NCBI GenBank assembly: GCA_950097015.1 | Contig: CATNEN010000003.1 | Span: forward strand, 2,728,001 to 2,792,000 | Reading direction: 5' to 3' | DNA from: Macrostomum hystrix | Lineage: Eukaryota > Animalia > Platyhelminthes | DNA: 64,000 bases | Translations under genes and position numbers: made by a program | In this document: piece after piece, positions 10,200 through 23,455 of the stretch | Layout of the letters: every line of letters starts with the position of its first letter | How positions within the stretch are numbered: the stretch's first letter is position 1 | Notes under the pieces: model-generated | Seen by the model: the letters and a program-made list of their open reading frames with translations, nothing else | Told to the model about the DNA's origin: nothing | The model's database searches: none

Positions 10200-11300
10200 G
10201 GTTTACTCCCGCTTCGCCGATTCCCGATTCGCCGATTCCCGATTCGCCGAATCCCGATTCGCCGAATCCCGATTTGCCGAAATTCCCGCTTCGCCGAAAT
10301 TCCCGATTCGCCGAAATTCCTGACTCGCCGAATCCCGATTCGCCGAAATTCCTGACTCGAATCCTGATTCGCCGAATCCCGATTCGCCGAAATTCCTGAC
10401 TCGCCGAATTCCCGATTCACCGAAATTCCTGACTCGCCGAATTCCCGATTCACAGAAATTCCTGACTCGCCGAATCCCGATTCGCCGAAATTCCTGACTC
10501 GAATCCTGATTCGCCGAATCCCGATTCGCCGAAATTCCTGACTCGCCGAATTCCCGATTCACCGAAATTCCTGACTCGCCGAATTCCCGATTCACAGAAA
10601 TTCCTGACTCGCCGAATCCCGATTCGCCGAAATTCCTGACTCGAATCCTGATTCGCCGAATCCCGATTCGCCGAAATTCCTGACTCGCCGAATTCCCGAT
10701 TCACCGAAATTCCTGACTCGCCGAATTCCCGATTCACCGAAATTCCTGACTCGCCGAATTCCCGATTCACCGAAATTCCTGACTCGCCGAATTCCCGATT
10801 CACCGAAATTCCTGACTCGCCGAATTCCCGATTCACCGAAATTCCTGACTCGCCGAATTCCCGATTTGCCGAAATTCCTGACTCGAATCCTGATTCGCCG
10901 AATCCTGATTCAATACATCTTACTTTATCATAAATTAAAATTAAACCACATAACCATTGCCCTCTTTTAGTGGTGGTCAAATATTGGAACTCGATTTCTA
11001 TTGTATTGAAATTAATTAAAAAACTAACTTAAATGAAATGCAGTTTCTTCATTCATTAACTTGTAAACTTGCTTCTAAACTTTATTAACTTTCTGGAACG
11101 TAGATTGAGTGAGCAAAGAACATCACAGGTACTTCGGAAAAAGCAAAACTTGCTGGACATCCTCGTAGAGCCGAAAGTAAAGGTGTAATGAGGTACGGTA
11201 GCTCAGCAAAAAAATTTCTTAGCAATTTTTTTCGGCAAATAGGGAATTCGGCGAATCGGGAATTTCGGTGAATCGGGATTCGGCGAATCGGGAGTAAACC
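10200..11300. mobile_element. Non-autonomous foldback/Mutator-like element with tandem-repeat TIRs
   Basis: Termini GGTTTACTCCCG...CGGGAGTAAACC; arms built from TTCGCCGAA(A)TTCCCGA-type subrepeats (left 10200-10910, right about 11240-11300, inverted); 9-bp TSD CTTAAAATC/CTTAAAGTC with one mismatch. Confidence 0.75.
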
Positions 11301-11859
11301 CTTAAAGTCTATAATGTCATTCTATATGTCTGATCATCGAAGTCAAATAATAGGGAAATATTGACGATCCGAGTGCTGCATACAACAGAATATAAAATAT
11401 GGTTCTACTTCACTCAAAACTCACAGAGAAAACAGTAGATAGCATTTTTTTATAGCATGTGTTCCAATAGACGGAACGAGTGCATCAAATTGTCCTATGC
11501 TTAGTGTCCACTGAATAGCATTAATTATCCTCAACTGACTGTGAGCCTTTGTTGAATAAATAAAAATAGAAAAATGCTTTACAGAGTAATATATTAATGA
11601 CAGATTGTATCCAAAATATCTGTACGATTTAGCTTTCAAATAGGATCATTGCTACAACAATAAAATGAAAGACAATAAGTGCCATGGAATTCCCCCAGAA
11701 TAGTTTTACCAAAGTACCTCACACAACAGTTCTTTAAAGCAGACGCATTGTAGCATTGTCCTTTAAGTCTTTCTGCAATAATTTGCTTCTCCGGTTCAAT
11801 AATTTCAGTTCCAATCACTGACTTATCTCTGGCTCAATGCAACACAAGCTTGTCTACTA

Positions 11860-14815
11860 AACCTACCCTACCCCCTAAACTACTCCCCCTGTCTACCCCC
11901 TAAACTACTCCCCCTCTGTCTACCCCCTAAAATACTCCCCCTGTCTACCCCCTAAACTACTCCCCCTCTGTCTACCCCCTAAACTACTCCCCTTTGTCTA
12001 CCCTTAAACTACTCCCCCTCTGTCTACCCCCTAAACTACTCCCCCTCTGTCTACCCCCTAAACTACTCCCCCTATGTCTACCCCCTAAACTACTCCCCCT
12101 CTGTCTACCCTTAAACTACTCCCCCTCTGTCTACCCCCTAAACTACCCCCCTCTGTCTACCCCCTAAACTACTCCCCCTCTGTCTACCCCCTAAACTACT
12201 CCCCCTCTGTCTACCCCCTAAACTACTCCCCCTGTCTACCCCCTAAACTACTCCCCCTCTGTCTACCCCCTAAACTACTCCTCCTCTGTCTACCCCCTAA
12301 ACTACTCCCCTTTGTCTACCCTTAAACTACTCCCCCTCTGTCTACCCCCTAAACTACTCCCCCTGTCTACCCCCTAAACTACTCCCCCTCTGTCTACCCC
12401 CTAAACTACTCCCCCTCTGTCTACCCCCTAAACTACTCCCTCTCTGTCTACCCCCTAAACTACTCCCCCTCTGTCTACCCCCTAAACTACTCCCCCTCTG
12501 TCTACCCCCTAAACTACCCCCCTCTGTCTACCCCCTAAACTACCCCCCTCTGTCTACCCCCTAAACTACTCCCCCTCTGTCTACCCCCTAAACTACTCCC
12601 CCACTGTCTACCCCCTAAACTACTCCCCTCTGTCTACCCCCTAAACTACCCCCCTCTGTCTTCCCCCTAAACTACTCCCCCTCTGTCTACCCCCTAAACT
12701 ACTCCCCCTCTGTCTACCCCCTAAACTACTCCCCTCTGTCTACCCCCTAAACTACTCCCCCTCTGTCTACCCCCTAAACTACTCCTCCTCTGTCTACCCC
12801 CTAAACTACTACCCCTCTGTCTACCCCCTAAACTACTCCCCCTCTGTCTACCCCCTAAACTACTCCCCCTCTGTCTACCCCCTAAACTACCCCCTATGTC
12901 TACCCCTTAAACTACTCCCCCACTGTCTACCCCCTAAACTACCCCCTCTGTCTACCCCCTAAACTACCCCCTATGTCTACCCCCTAAACTACTCCCCCTC
13001 TGCCTACCCCCTAAACTACTCCCCTCTGTCTACCCCTTAAACTACTCCCCCTCTGTCTACCCCCTAAACTACTCCCCCTCTGTCTACCCCCTAAACTACT
13101 CCCCCTCTGTCTACCCCTTAAACTACTCCCCATATGTCTACTTCCTAAACTACCCCCTCTGTCTACCCCCTAAACTACCCCCTATGTCTACCCCCTAAAC
13201 TACTCCCCCTCTGCCTACCCCCTAAACTACTCCCCTCTGTCTACCCCTTAAACTACTCCCCCTCTGCCTACCCCCTAAACTACTCCCCTCTGTCTACCCC
13301 TTAAACTACTCCCCCTCTGTCTACCCCTTAAACTACTACCCCTCTGTCTACCCCCTAAACTACTCCCCCTCTGTCTACCCCCTAAACTACTCCCCCTCTG
13401 CCTACCCCCTAAACTACTCCCCTCTGTCTACCCCTTAAACTACTCCCCCTCTGTCTACCCCCTAAACTACTCCCCTCTGTCTACCCCTTAAACTACTCCC
13501 CCTCTGTCTACCCCTTAAACTACTCCCCCTCTGTCTACCCCCTAAACTACTCCCCCTCTGTCTACCCCCTAAACTACTCCCCCTCTGCCTACCCCCTAAA
13601 CTACTCCCCTCTGTCTACCCCTTAAACTACTCCCCCTCTGTCTACCCCCTAAACTACTCCCCTCTGTCTACCCCTTAAACTACTCCCCCTCTGTCTACCC
13701 CCTAAACTACTCCCCCTCTGTCTACCCCCTAAACTACTCCTCCTCTGTCTACCCCCTAAACTACTACCCCTCTGTCTACCCCCTAAACTACTCCCCCTCT
13801 GTCTACCCCCTAAACTACTCCCCCTCTGTCTACCCCCTAAACTACCCCCTATGTCTACCCCTTAAACTACTCCCCCACTGTCTACCCCCTAAACTACCCC
13901 CTCTGTCTACCCCCTAAACTACCCCCTATGTCTACCCCCTAAACTACTCCCCCTCTGCCTACCCCCTAAACTACTCCCCTCTGTCTACCCCTTAAACTAC
14001 TCCCCCTCTGTCTACCCCCTAAACTACTCCCCCTCTGTCTACCCCCTAAACTACTCCCCCTCTGTCTACCCCTTAAACTACTCCCCATATGTCTACTTCC
14101 TAAACTACCCCCTCTGTCTACCCCCTAAACTACCCCCTATGTCTACCCCCTAAACTACTCCCCCTCTGCCTACCCCCTAAACTACTCCCCTCTGTCTACC
14201 CCTTAAACTACTCCCCCTCTGCCTACCCCCTAAACTACTCCCCTCTGTCTACCCCTTAAACTACTCCCCCTCTGTCTACCCCTTAAACTACTACCCCTCT
14301 GTCTACCCCCTAAACTACTCCCCCTCTGTCTACCCCCTAAACTACTCCCCCTCTGCCTACCCCCTAAACTACTCCCCTCTGTCTACCCCTTAAACTACTC
14401 CCCCTCTGTCTACCCCCTAAACTACTCCCCTCTGTCTACCCCTTAAACTACTCCCCCTCTGTCTACCCCTTAAACTACTCCCCCTCTGTCTACCCCCTAA
14501 ACTACTCCCCCTCTGTCTACCCCCTAAACTACTCCCCCTCTGCCTACCCCCTAAACTACTCCCCTCTGTCTACCCCTTAAACTACTCCCCCTCTGTCTAC
14601 CCCCTAAACTACTCCCCTCTGTCTACCCCTTAAACTACTCCCCCTCTGTCTACCCCCTAAACTACTCCCCCTCTGTCTACCCCCTAAACTACTCCCCCTC
14701 TGTCTACCCCTTAAACTACTCCCCATATGTCTACTTCCTAAACTACCTCTCTCTGTCTACTCCCTTAACTACTCCCTATGTCTACCCCCTAATCTACTCC
14801 CCCTGTCTACCCTAT
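11860..14815. repeat. ~27-bp C-rich minisatellite CTACCCCCTAAACTACTCCCCCTCTGT
   Basis: Direct reading; G5 runs on the minus strand. Confidence 0.95.
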
Positions 14816-15167
14816 GCAGACCCCAAACCGCAAATAGATTGGTTGGCGGCAGTTAGCTAGCAATGAGTGGGCCGGTGAGATTAGAGATAGGAGTCTCGAG
14901 TGGACAGCCCTGGGTGGTCTAAGGGTCACCCGTATGGGATTATTGACCGGATGCCTGGCATTATTCATTTTCCTTCATGCACGCATGACGATGGGCGGCT
15001 GCTGCTGCATCTGCTGCTGATTGAGCATCACGCACAGTCCGACGACCTACTCAATGTGCGTGCATTTTAAAAGTAGAAAAAAAAATAACTGCTAGCTGGG
15101 TTGGTATGATGTTCTGTTAGGCCCCATTTAATTTTTTTATCCCCATCTTTGACACCTCAATTTTGAG

Positions 15168-15660
15168 TCCTCTCTCACCTGCCTATCTTTCCTCTCCTTC
15201 CTCTCTCCTCTCCTTCCTCTCTCCTCTCCTTCCTCTCTCCTCTCCTTCCTCTCTCCTCTCCTTCCTCTCTCCTCTCCTTCCTCTCTCCTCTCCTTCCTCT
15301 CTCCTCTCCTTCCTCTCTCCTCTCCTTCCTCTCTCCTCTCCTTCCTCTCTCCTCTCCTACCTCTCTCCTCTCCTCCCTCTCTCCTCTCCTCCCTCTCTCC
15401 TCTCCTTCCTCTCTCCTCTCCTACCTCTCTCCTCTCCTCCCTCTCTCCTCTCCTTCCTCTCTCCTCTCCTTCCTCTCTCCTCTCCTTCCTCTCTCCTCTC
15501 CTTCTAGATCCTCTCCTTCCTCTCTCCTCTCCTTCTTCTCTCCTCTCCTTCCTCTCTCCTCTCCTTCTTCTCTCCTCTCCTTCCTATCTCCTCTCCTTCC
15601 TCTCTCCTCTCCTTCCTCTCTCCTCTCCTTCCTCTCTGCTCTCCTTCCTCTCTCCTCTCT
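15168..15660. repeat. CT-rich low-complexity repeat
   Basis: CCTCTCTCCTCTCCTT units. Confidence 0.9.
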
Positions 15661-16487
15661 TGGTTATGTTTCTAAACCATTGATTGTAAACAGACAAATA
15701 GATTATTTCTTATCAATCAGTCTGTTAATACCTGAGATGAAAATCTCCCAGGCCTTATTTCCATCCCGCCAGAGGCCGCTCTGCCCCAAACCGTCTAGCT
15801 CACAAGGACGCTGCTCTCTAGGACGCTCCATCGATTTCCCCCAAAACGCCAATCTCAGGAAAATGATGCGAACAAATCCCCTCCTGACTTCTCTGCTCAC
15901 CTGGGGTCTCCTCCGGCTGCTCATCTGGCCTTCGAGATAGTCGAGATCTTCGAGAATTGCCCGCGCAGTCAGTCAGATGTTATCATTAGCAGATAATTCT
16001 GATTCGCTATAATCACTGCTTCACAGATGTCTCTCTGGTGTCAGCTCGTGCGAATGAATGTCGAGAAACTCGATTCCACTGGTGCAAGCGTTATTAAGAA
16101 CAGGTTCGATGGTAAATCTAACGATTAACGAATAACGATTAACGATTTACTAGCAAGAGAAGACGACTTAACATAAAGCTTTTCTTTCTATAATTGACAG
16201 TCGGTTAAAATAAGAAAAGGTAAAAGTGCAACCACCAATAGGAATAGGATGGAGCAGAATCTACGGAAATATTCTGCAATTAAATATTTCACTATTTACT
16301 ATGACTATGACAGGATGAAATCAGTGCTCTCTGCAACAGGATGTCAGCCGAACCATCTCTGCATCTTTCGCTTGTTTCCCGCAGCGGGACTCTTTCCTCA
16401 ATTTAGCTCGCTTCCTTCCATTTAGGTTTTTAGCCTATTCTCAATTTTGAAATGTTTCGTCTGACACAAATCCCTTTAGTCCGAGCC

Positions 16488-17790
16488 ACTCTCCCTCTCT
16501 CCCTTTCACCCTCTCTTCCTCTCTTCCTCTCTTCCTCTCACCCTCTCGCCATTCTCGCCCTCTCACCCTCTCTTCCTCTCTTCCTCTCACCCTCTCGCCA
16601 TTCTCGCCCTCTCACCCTCTCTTCCTCTCTTCCTCTCACCCTCTCTCCCTCTCACCCTCTCACCCTCTCTTCCTCTCTTCCTCTCACCCTCTCACCCTCT
16701 CTTCCTCTCTTCCTCTCACCCTCTCACCCTCTCACCCTCTCGCCATTCTCGCCCTCTCACCCTCTCTTCCTCTCTCCCTCTCACCCTCTCACCCTCTCTT
16801 CCTCTCTTCCTCTCACCCTCTCACCCTCTCTTCCTCTCTTCCTCTCACCCTCTCACCCTCTCACCCTCTCGCCATTCTCGCCCTCTCACCCTCTCTTCCT
16901 CTCTCCCTCTCACCCTCTCACCCTCTCTTCCTCTCTTCCTCTCACCCTCTCACCCTCTCTTCCTCTCTTCCTCTCACCCTCTCACCCTCTCACCCTCTCG
17001 CCATTCTCGCCCTCTCACCCTCTCTTCCTCTCACCCTCTCACCCTCTCACCCTCTCGCCATTCTCGCCCTCTCACCCTCTCTTCCTCTCTCCCTCTCACC
17101 CTCTCTTCTTCTCTTCCTCTCTTCCTCTCACCCTCTCACCCTCTCTTCCTCTCTTTACCTCTCCCTCTCTCCCTCTCACCCTCTCACCCTCTCACCCTCT
17201 CACCCTCTCACCCTCTCACCCTCTCTTCCTCTCTTTACCTCTCCCTCTCTCCCTCTCACCCTCTCACCCTCTCACCCTCTCACCCTCTCACCCTCTCTCC
17301 CTCTCTCCCTCTCACCCTCTCACCCTCTCTTCCTCTCTTCCTCTCACCCTCTCTTCCTCTCTTCCTCTCTTTACCTCTCCCTCTCTCCCTCTCACCCTCT
17401 CACCCTCTCACCCTCTCACCCTCTCTGCCTCTCTCCCTCTCACCCTCTCACCCTCTCTTCCTCTCTTCCTCTCACCCTCTCTTCCCCTCTTCCTCTCTTC
17501 CTCTCACCCTCTCACCCTCTCACCCTCTCACCCTCTCACCCTCTCTTCCTCTCTTTACCTCTCCCTCTCTCCCTCTCACCCTCTCACCCTCTCACCCTCT
17601 CACCCTCTCACCCTCTCACCCTCTCACCCTCTCACCCTCTCACCCTCTCTCCCTCTCTTTACCTCTCCCTCTCTCCCCCTCTCCCTCTGTCCCTCACACC
17701 TCTTTTTCTCACCCTCTCGCCTTCTCTCCCCCTCTTCCGCTCTCTCTCCATCTCTCCCTTCTCTCCCTCTCACTCTCACTCTCTCTCACT
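16488..17790. repeat. CT-rich repeat built on CTCTCACC/CTCTCTTC octamers
   Basis: Direct reading. Confidence 0.9.
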
Positions 17791-18429
17791 GTCACCCCTT
17801 ATTTCTCCTCTCCAGTATCTCCTCTATTTCTACTACTTTTCGGAGTCAATAAAGTACAACCCATCACGATTTCCTCTCTCTTCATTCGTACATTTACTCG
17901 TTTTTGTCAGCAATACCATTTGCCTATATTCAAACGCACAGTTAGTACCAAATCATTGTTCTGTTGCTTCAATTTAGGCCTACAATTTTCCTGCGCTTGT
18001 AAGTCGCTAGTTCAATAATTTATGAGCGTAAATATTTTTATTACAATTTAAAATACAAAAGGAACAATTTAATAAACCTTCGAGAAGCTTAAAATATGAA
18101 CAAGACCTGTTTTTGAAGCTCTGCAGAAAAAAACGTTTTGAAAAGTTCTCTCCGCGACAGGTGAAGAATTGGGCGTGATGAAGTTAAGAAATGTGGAAAA
18201 CACGATTGTACTCATTACTGAACTATACTGAGTTACAATGCCATTTTTTTCTGCCAGACATTGCTTACTATTGCAGTAAATAACATTTATGTGGAGTTTT
18301 TCATTGCCCTTTTTAACGGACTTTCAAGCTGAACTGAGGAATGCAAATTTACTGCCTGACTTACGAGATTTCTTCTAACTCCTTATTGTCCTCTGTTGTT
18401 CTCATGAGTGAGACTCAGGCCCTAGCTTA

Positions 18430-18915
18430 CCCTCTCTCCCATCTCTTCTCTCTCCCCTCTCTTCTGTTTCCCCTCTCTTCTCTCTCCCATCTCTTCTCTC
18501 TCCCCTCTCTTCTCTCTCCCCTCTCCTCTCTCTCCCCTCTCTTCTCTCTCCCCTCTCCTCTCTCTCCCCTCTCCTCTCTCTCCCCTCTCCTCTCTCTCTC
18601 CCCTCTCCTCTCTCTCCCCTCTCTTCTCTCTCCCCTCTCTTCTCTCTTCCCTTTCTTCTCTCTTCCCTTTCTTCTCTCTTCCCTTTCTTCTCTCTTCCCT
18701 TTCTTCTCTCTTCCCTTTCTTCTCTCTTCCCTCTCTTCTGTTTCCCCTCTCTTCTCTCTTCCCTCTCTTCTCTCTTCCCTTTCTTCTCTCTTCCCTTTCT
18801 TCTCTCTTCCCTTTCTTCTCTCTTCCCTTTCTTCTCTCTTCCCTTTCTTCTCTCTTCCCTTTCTTCTGTTTCCCCTTTCTTCTCTCTTCCCTCTCTTTTG
18901 TCTCCCATTTCTTCT
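18430..18915. repeat. CT-rich low-complexity repeat
   Basis: TTCTCTCTTCCCT-type units. Confidence 0.9.
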
Positions 18916-19359
18916 ATTCTATTTATTCTGTTCTATAAATCATTAAAATAATAAATTCCTTTCATTGTGTGGAGTTAAAAACTATTTACAATTGCGATAA
19001 GCAGAGAAAGGCGTTCACGTACGCAAGTGTTGTACGTAACTATTTTTCTCGCCTTGCAACCCGTTTGCCTTGAATTATTTATTTCATCCGATAATGTCTG
19101 AACTGCGGATCGCTGTAGTGTTTGCGTGTTGCTATGCGAATCCAGTCTAGTCCAGTTAGTGCCCATTGGCTTGTTAAGCTTGAAGTCGGTTTTTTTAGAT
19201 TTACGGTTAAATCCAATTCTTACGGCCTTCACTGGTAGGAATCTTATTTTACTCAGCCTGCTAAGAAACTGCTCTTTAGGGGATTTTCAAATTGGGATTA
19301 AAAAAACGGATAGAATATCAAGATAATTGAGTTTTTTTAGGTTAGATAAGATAGGGTTT

Positions 19360-20295
19360 TAGGGGTGAGATAACCTGGGCAAGAGCAGAGAGAGACTGAG
19401 ATAAGAACAGAGAGGGGTGAGATAAGAACAGAGAGCGGATGAGATAAGAACAGAGAGCGGATGAGATAAGAACAGAGAGGGGATGAGATAAGAACAGAGA
19501 GGGGGTGAGATAATGACAGAGAGGGGGTGAGATGAGAACTGAGAGGGGGTGAGATAAGAACAGAGAGGGGATGAGATAAGAACAGAGAGGGGTGAGATAA
19601 GAACAGAGAGGGGTGAGATAAGAACAGAGAGGGGGTGAGATAAGAACAGAGAGGGGTGAGATAAGAACAGAGAGGGGGTGAGATAAGAACAGAGAGCGGA
19701 TGAGATAAGAACAGAGAGGGGATGAGATAAGAACAGAGAGGGGGTGAGATGAGAACTGAGAGGGGGTGAGATGAGAACTGAGAGGGGGTGAGAAGAGAAC
19801 TGAGAGGGGGTGAGATGAGAACTGTGAGGGGGTGAGAAGAGAACTGAGAGGGGGTGAGATAAGAACAGAGAGGGGGTGAGATAATGACAGAGAGGGGGGT
19901 GAGATGAGAACTGAGAGGGGGTGAGATGAGAACAGAGAGGGGGTGAGATAAGAACAGAGAGGGTGAAATGAGAACTGAGAGGGGGTGAGATAAGAACAGA
20001 GAGGGTGAGATGAGAACTGAGAGGGGGTGAGATAAGAACAGAGAGGGTAAGATGAGCACTGAGAGGGGGTGAGACAAGAACTGAGAGGGGGTGAGATGAG
20101 AACTGAGAGGGGTGAGACAAGAACTGAGAGGGGGTGAGATGAGAACAGAGAGGGGGTGAGATGAGAACAGAGAGGGGGTGAGATGAGAACAGTTGGGTGA
20201 AGATGAGAACAGTTGGGTGAAGATGAGAACAGTTGGGTGAAGATGAGAACAGTTGGGTGAAGATGAGAACAGAGAGAAGGTGAGATGAGAACTGA
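19360..20295. repeat. ~20-22-bp minisatellite GGGTGAGAT(A/G)AGAAC(A/T)GAGAG
   Basis: Direct reading. Confidence 0.92.
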
Positions 20296-20780
20296 TAGGG
20301 TGTAGATAAAAGCTAAAAGAAGACTTAAACGCAATAATTGTTGCTACCAGAATGACGGACCGTTAGTTTCGTAGTCTGTCGGGCATCTGGTTAAAAAGTC
20401 AAAATTGCCACTAACAATTTGAAAGCACTGAGCGGAAATGGTTTTGGCTAAAGCTGGAACACAGAAGACAGGACTCAGACAGGAATTCGCAGAGCCTTCC
20501 ATTGTTCAAACAAATGCCCATTGTTATTTTTCTGTTGTTTGTTTTCCACGGATTGTCTATTGGACAGGGTGATTTGAATTCTTTTTTTTCTTACTCTGTT
20601 GTGAGTCGAGTGTCATAAGTACATTGCTACCGTAAATTTCACTCTCACTGACTGCTTCTGTGAGTGGTAAAATCTAGATTCAAAAACCTTTTTAGTTCTA
20701 AAAATACAGTTCAATGGAAAAAAATGAATTCGCTTTACGAAAGCAAAATAGATGAGATTGGTGATAAAAAACTGATGAAA

Positions 20781-22128
20781 TTAGATTGATGAGAATAGAT
20801 TGATGAGAATAGATTGATGAGAATAGATTGATGAGAATAGATTGATGAAAATAGATTGATGAGAATAGATTGATGAGAATATATTGATGAGAATAGATTG
20901 ATGAAAATAGATTGATGAGAATAGATTGATGAGAATAGATTGATGAGAATAGATTGATAAGAACAGATTAGTGAGAATAGATTGATGAGAATAGATTGGT
21001 GAGAATATATTGGTGAGAATAGATTGATAAGAATAGATTGATGAGAATAGATTGGTGAGAATAGATTGATCAGAATAGATTGATGAGAATAGATTGATGA
21101 GAATAGATTGGTGAGAATATATTGGTGAGAATAGATTGATGAAAATAGATTGATGAGAATAGATTGATGAGAATAGATTGGTGAGAATAGATTGATGAGA
21201 ATAGATTGATGAGAATAGATTGATGAGAATAGATTGATGAGAATAGATTGATGAGAATAGATTGGTGAGAATAGATTGGTGAGAATAGATTGATGAGAAT
21301 AGATTGGTGAGAATAGATTGGTGAGAATATATTTGTGAGAATAGATTGATAAAAATAGATTGATGAGAATAGATTGATGAGAATAGATTGATCAGAATAG
21401 ATTGATGAGAATAGATTGATGAGAATAGATTGATGAGAATAGATTGATGAGAATAGATTGGTGAGAATAGATTGGTGAGAATAGATTGATGAGAATAGAT
21501 TGGTGAGAATAGATTGGTGAGAATATATTGGTGAGAATAGATTGATAAAAATAGATTGATGAGAATAGATTGATGAGAATAGATTGATGAGAATAGATTG
21601 ATGAGAATAGATTGGTGAGAATATATTGGTGAGAATAGATTGATGAAAATAGATTGATGAGAATAGATTGATGAGAATAGATTGATGAGAATAGATTGAT
21701 GAGAATAGATTGATGAGAATAGATTGGTGAGAATAGATTGGTGAGAATAGATTGATGAGAATAGATTGGTGAGAATAGATTGGTGAGAATATATTGGTGA
21801 GAATAGATTGATAAAAATAGATTGATGAGAATAGATTGATGAGAATAGATTGGTGAGAATAGATTGATAAGAATAGATTGATGAGAATAGATTGATGAGA
21901 ATAGATTGATGAGAATAGATTGGTGAGAATAGATTGATGAGAATAGATTGATGAGAATAGATTGATGAGAATAGATTGATGAGAATAGATTGGTGAGAAT
22001 AGATTGATAAGAATGGACTGATGAAAATAGATTGATGAGAATAGATTGATGAGAATAGATTGGTGAGAATATATTGATGAGAATAGATTGATGAGAATAG
22101 ATTGGTGAGAATAGATTGACGAGAATAT
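20781..22128. repeat. 14-bp minisatellite GAGAATAGATTG(A/G)T
   Basis: Direct reading. Confidence 0.95.
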
Positions 22129-22336
22129 ACCAATAATAGACAGCCAAATGGATGTGATAGAAAAACTGTCGAAACTATTTTTGTAAATTTTCTTTGCAAG
22201 CAAAAAAAGAAACAAAAAACCGAAGTGCCAAGCAGCAATTAAATGGATTTTAAATTACCTCGCAATCAATAGATGGACAATGGATTAATTGTCTCGAATT
22301 TATGAAAAATTATCGGAGATGTATAATGTTTTATGT

Positions 22337-22383
<47 letters not shown>
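22337..22383. repeat. (CAG)n microsatellite; (CTG)n tract at 22813-22839
   Basis: Direct reading. Confidence 0.9.
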
Positions 22384-22384
<1 letters not shown>

Positions 22385-22937
22385 AGATTTCCAACCCTTA
22401 TGGCAGGAGCGGTGAATTTAGTGATGAAAACGCCAGGTATCTAGGAGGGGTTGGTTGAGACGGCTGTGTGAGAAGATCTGGATTAAAATAGACACAAAAC
22501 CGTAGAGCATCTAGCCAATGAGAATCTATAGCCATTGTGACAGGACCGTCAGTCTGTAGTGTATTGTAGAGCTTTAAAGAAACATTATCCTGTTAGTAAC
22601 CCAACTGTCCACAAGCCTATAGTAGAGGTGCAATTGTTAGCATGGAAACTGTCTTCACAAAACTGCATGGACTGCTTATGCATTATTTATTTCAAATGGC
22701 GTGTGGGAATACTCAAATTAGGATCATTTTTATCGTTTCATATTTTTTCATCATTGTTGCTCTGATATAAACTTCTGCTCAGAAATGCCTGACACTGCAA
22801 TTGCCTCAGTAACTGCTGCTGCTGCTGCTGCTGCTGCTGTCGCCATCACAACAAATGTTCACCTGAGATTACCTATGAGCATCAAAGAATTTATTTAACT
22901 CTTTTTTCATGATATTTTACCTGTCGTCTCTCCTTCT

Positions 22938-23455
22938 CTCTGTCTGTCTGTTCTACTGTCTCTGTCTGTTCTACTGTCTGTGTCTGTCCTACTGTCTGTG
23001 TCTGTCTGTTCTACTGTCTGTGTCTGTCTGTTCCACTGTCTGTGTCTGTCTTTTCTACTGTCTGTGTCTGTCTGTTCTACTGTTTGTGTCTGTCTGTTCT
23101 ACTGTCTGTGTCTGTCTGTTCTACTGTTTGTGTCTGTCTGTTCTACTGTCTGTGTCTGTCTGTTCTACTGTTTGTGTCTGTCTGTTCTACTGTCTGTGTC
23201 TGTCTGTTCTACTGTCTGTGTCTGTCTGTTCTACTGTCTGTGTCTGTCTGTTCTACTGTTTGTGTCTGTCTGTTCTACTGTCTGTGTCTGTCTGTTCTAC
23301 TGTCTGTGTCTGTCTGTTCTACTGTTTGTGTCTGTCTGTTCTACTGTCTGTGTCTGTCTGTTCTACTGTCTGTGTCTGTCTGTTCTACTGTCTGTGTCTG
23401 TCTGTCCTACTGTCTGTGTCTGTCTGTTCTACTGTCTGTGTCTGTCTGTTCTACT
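22938..23455. repeat. 22-bp minisatellite TCTGTCTGTTCTACTGTCTGTG
   Basis: Direct reading. Confidence 0.95.
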
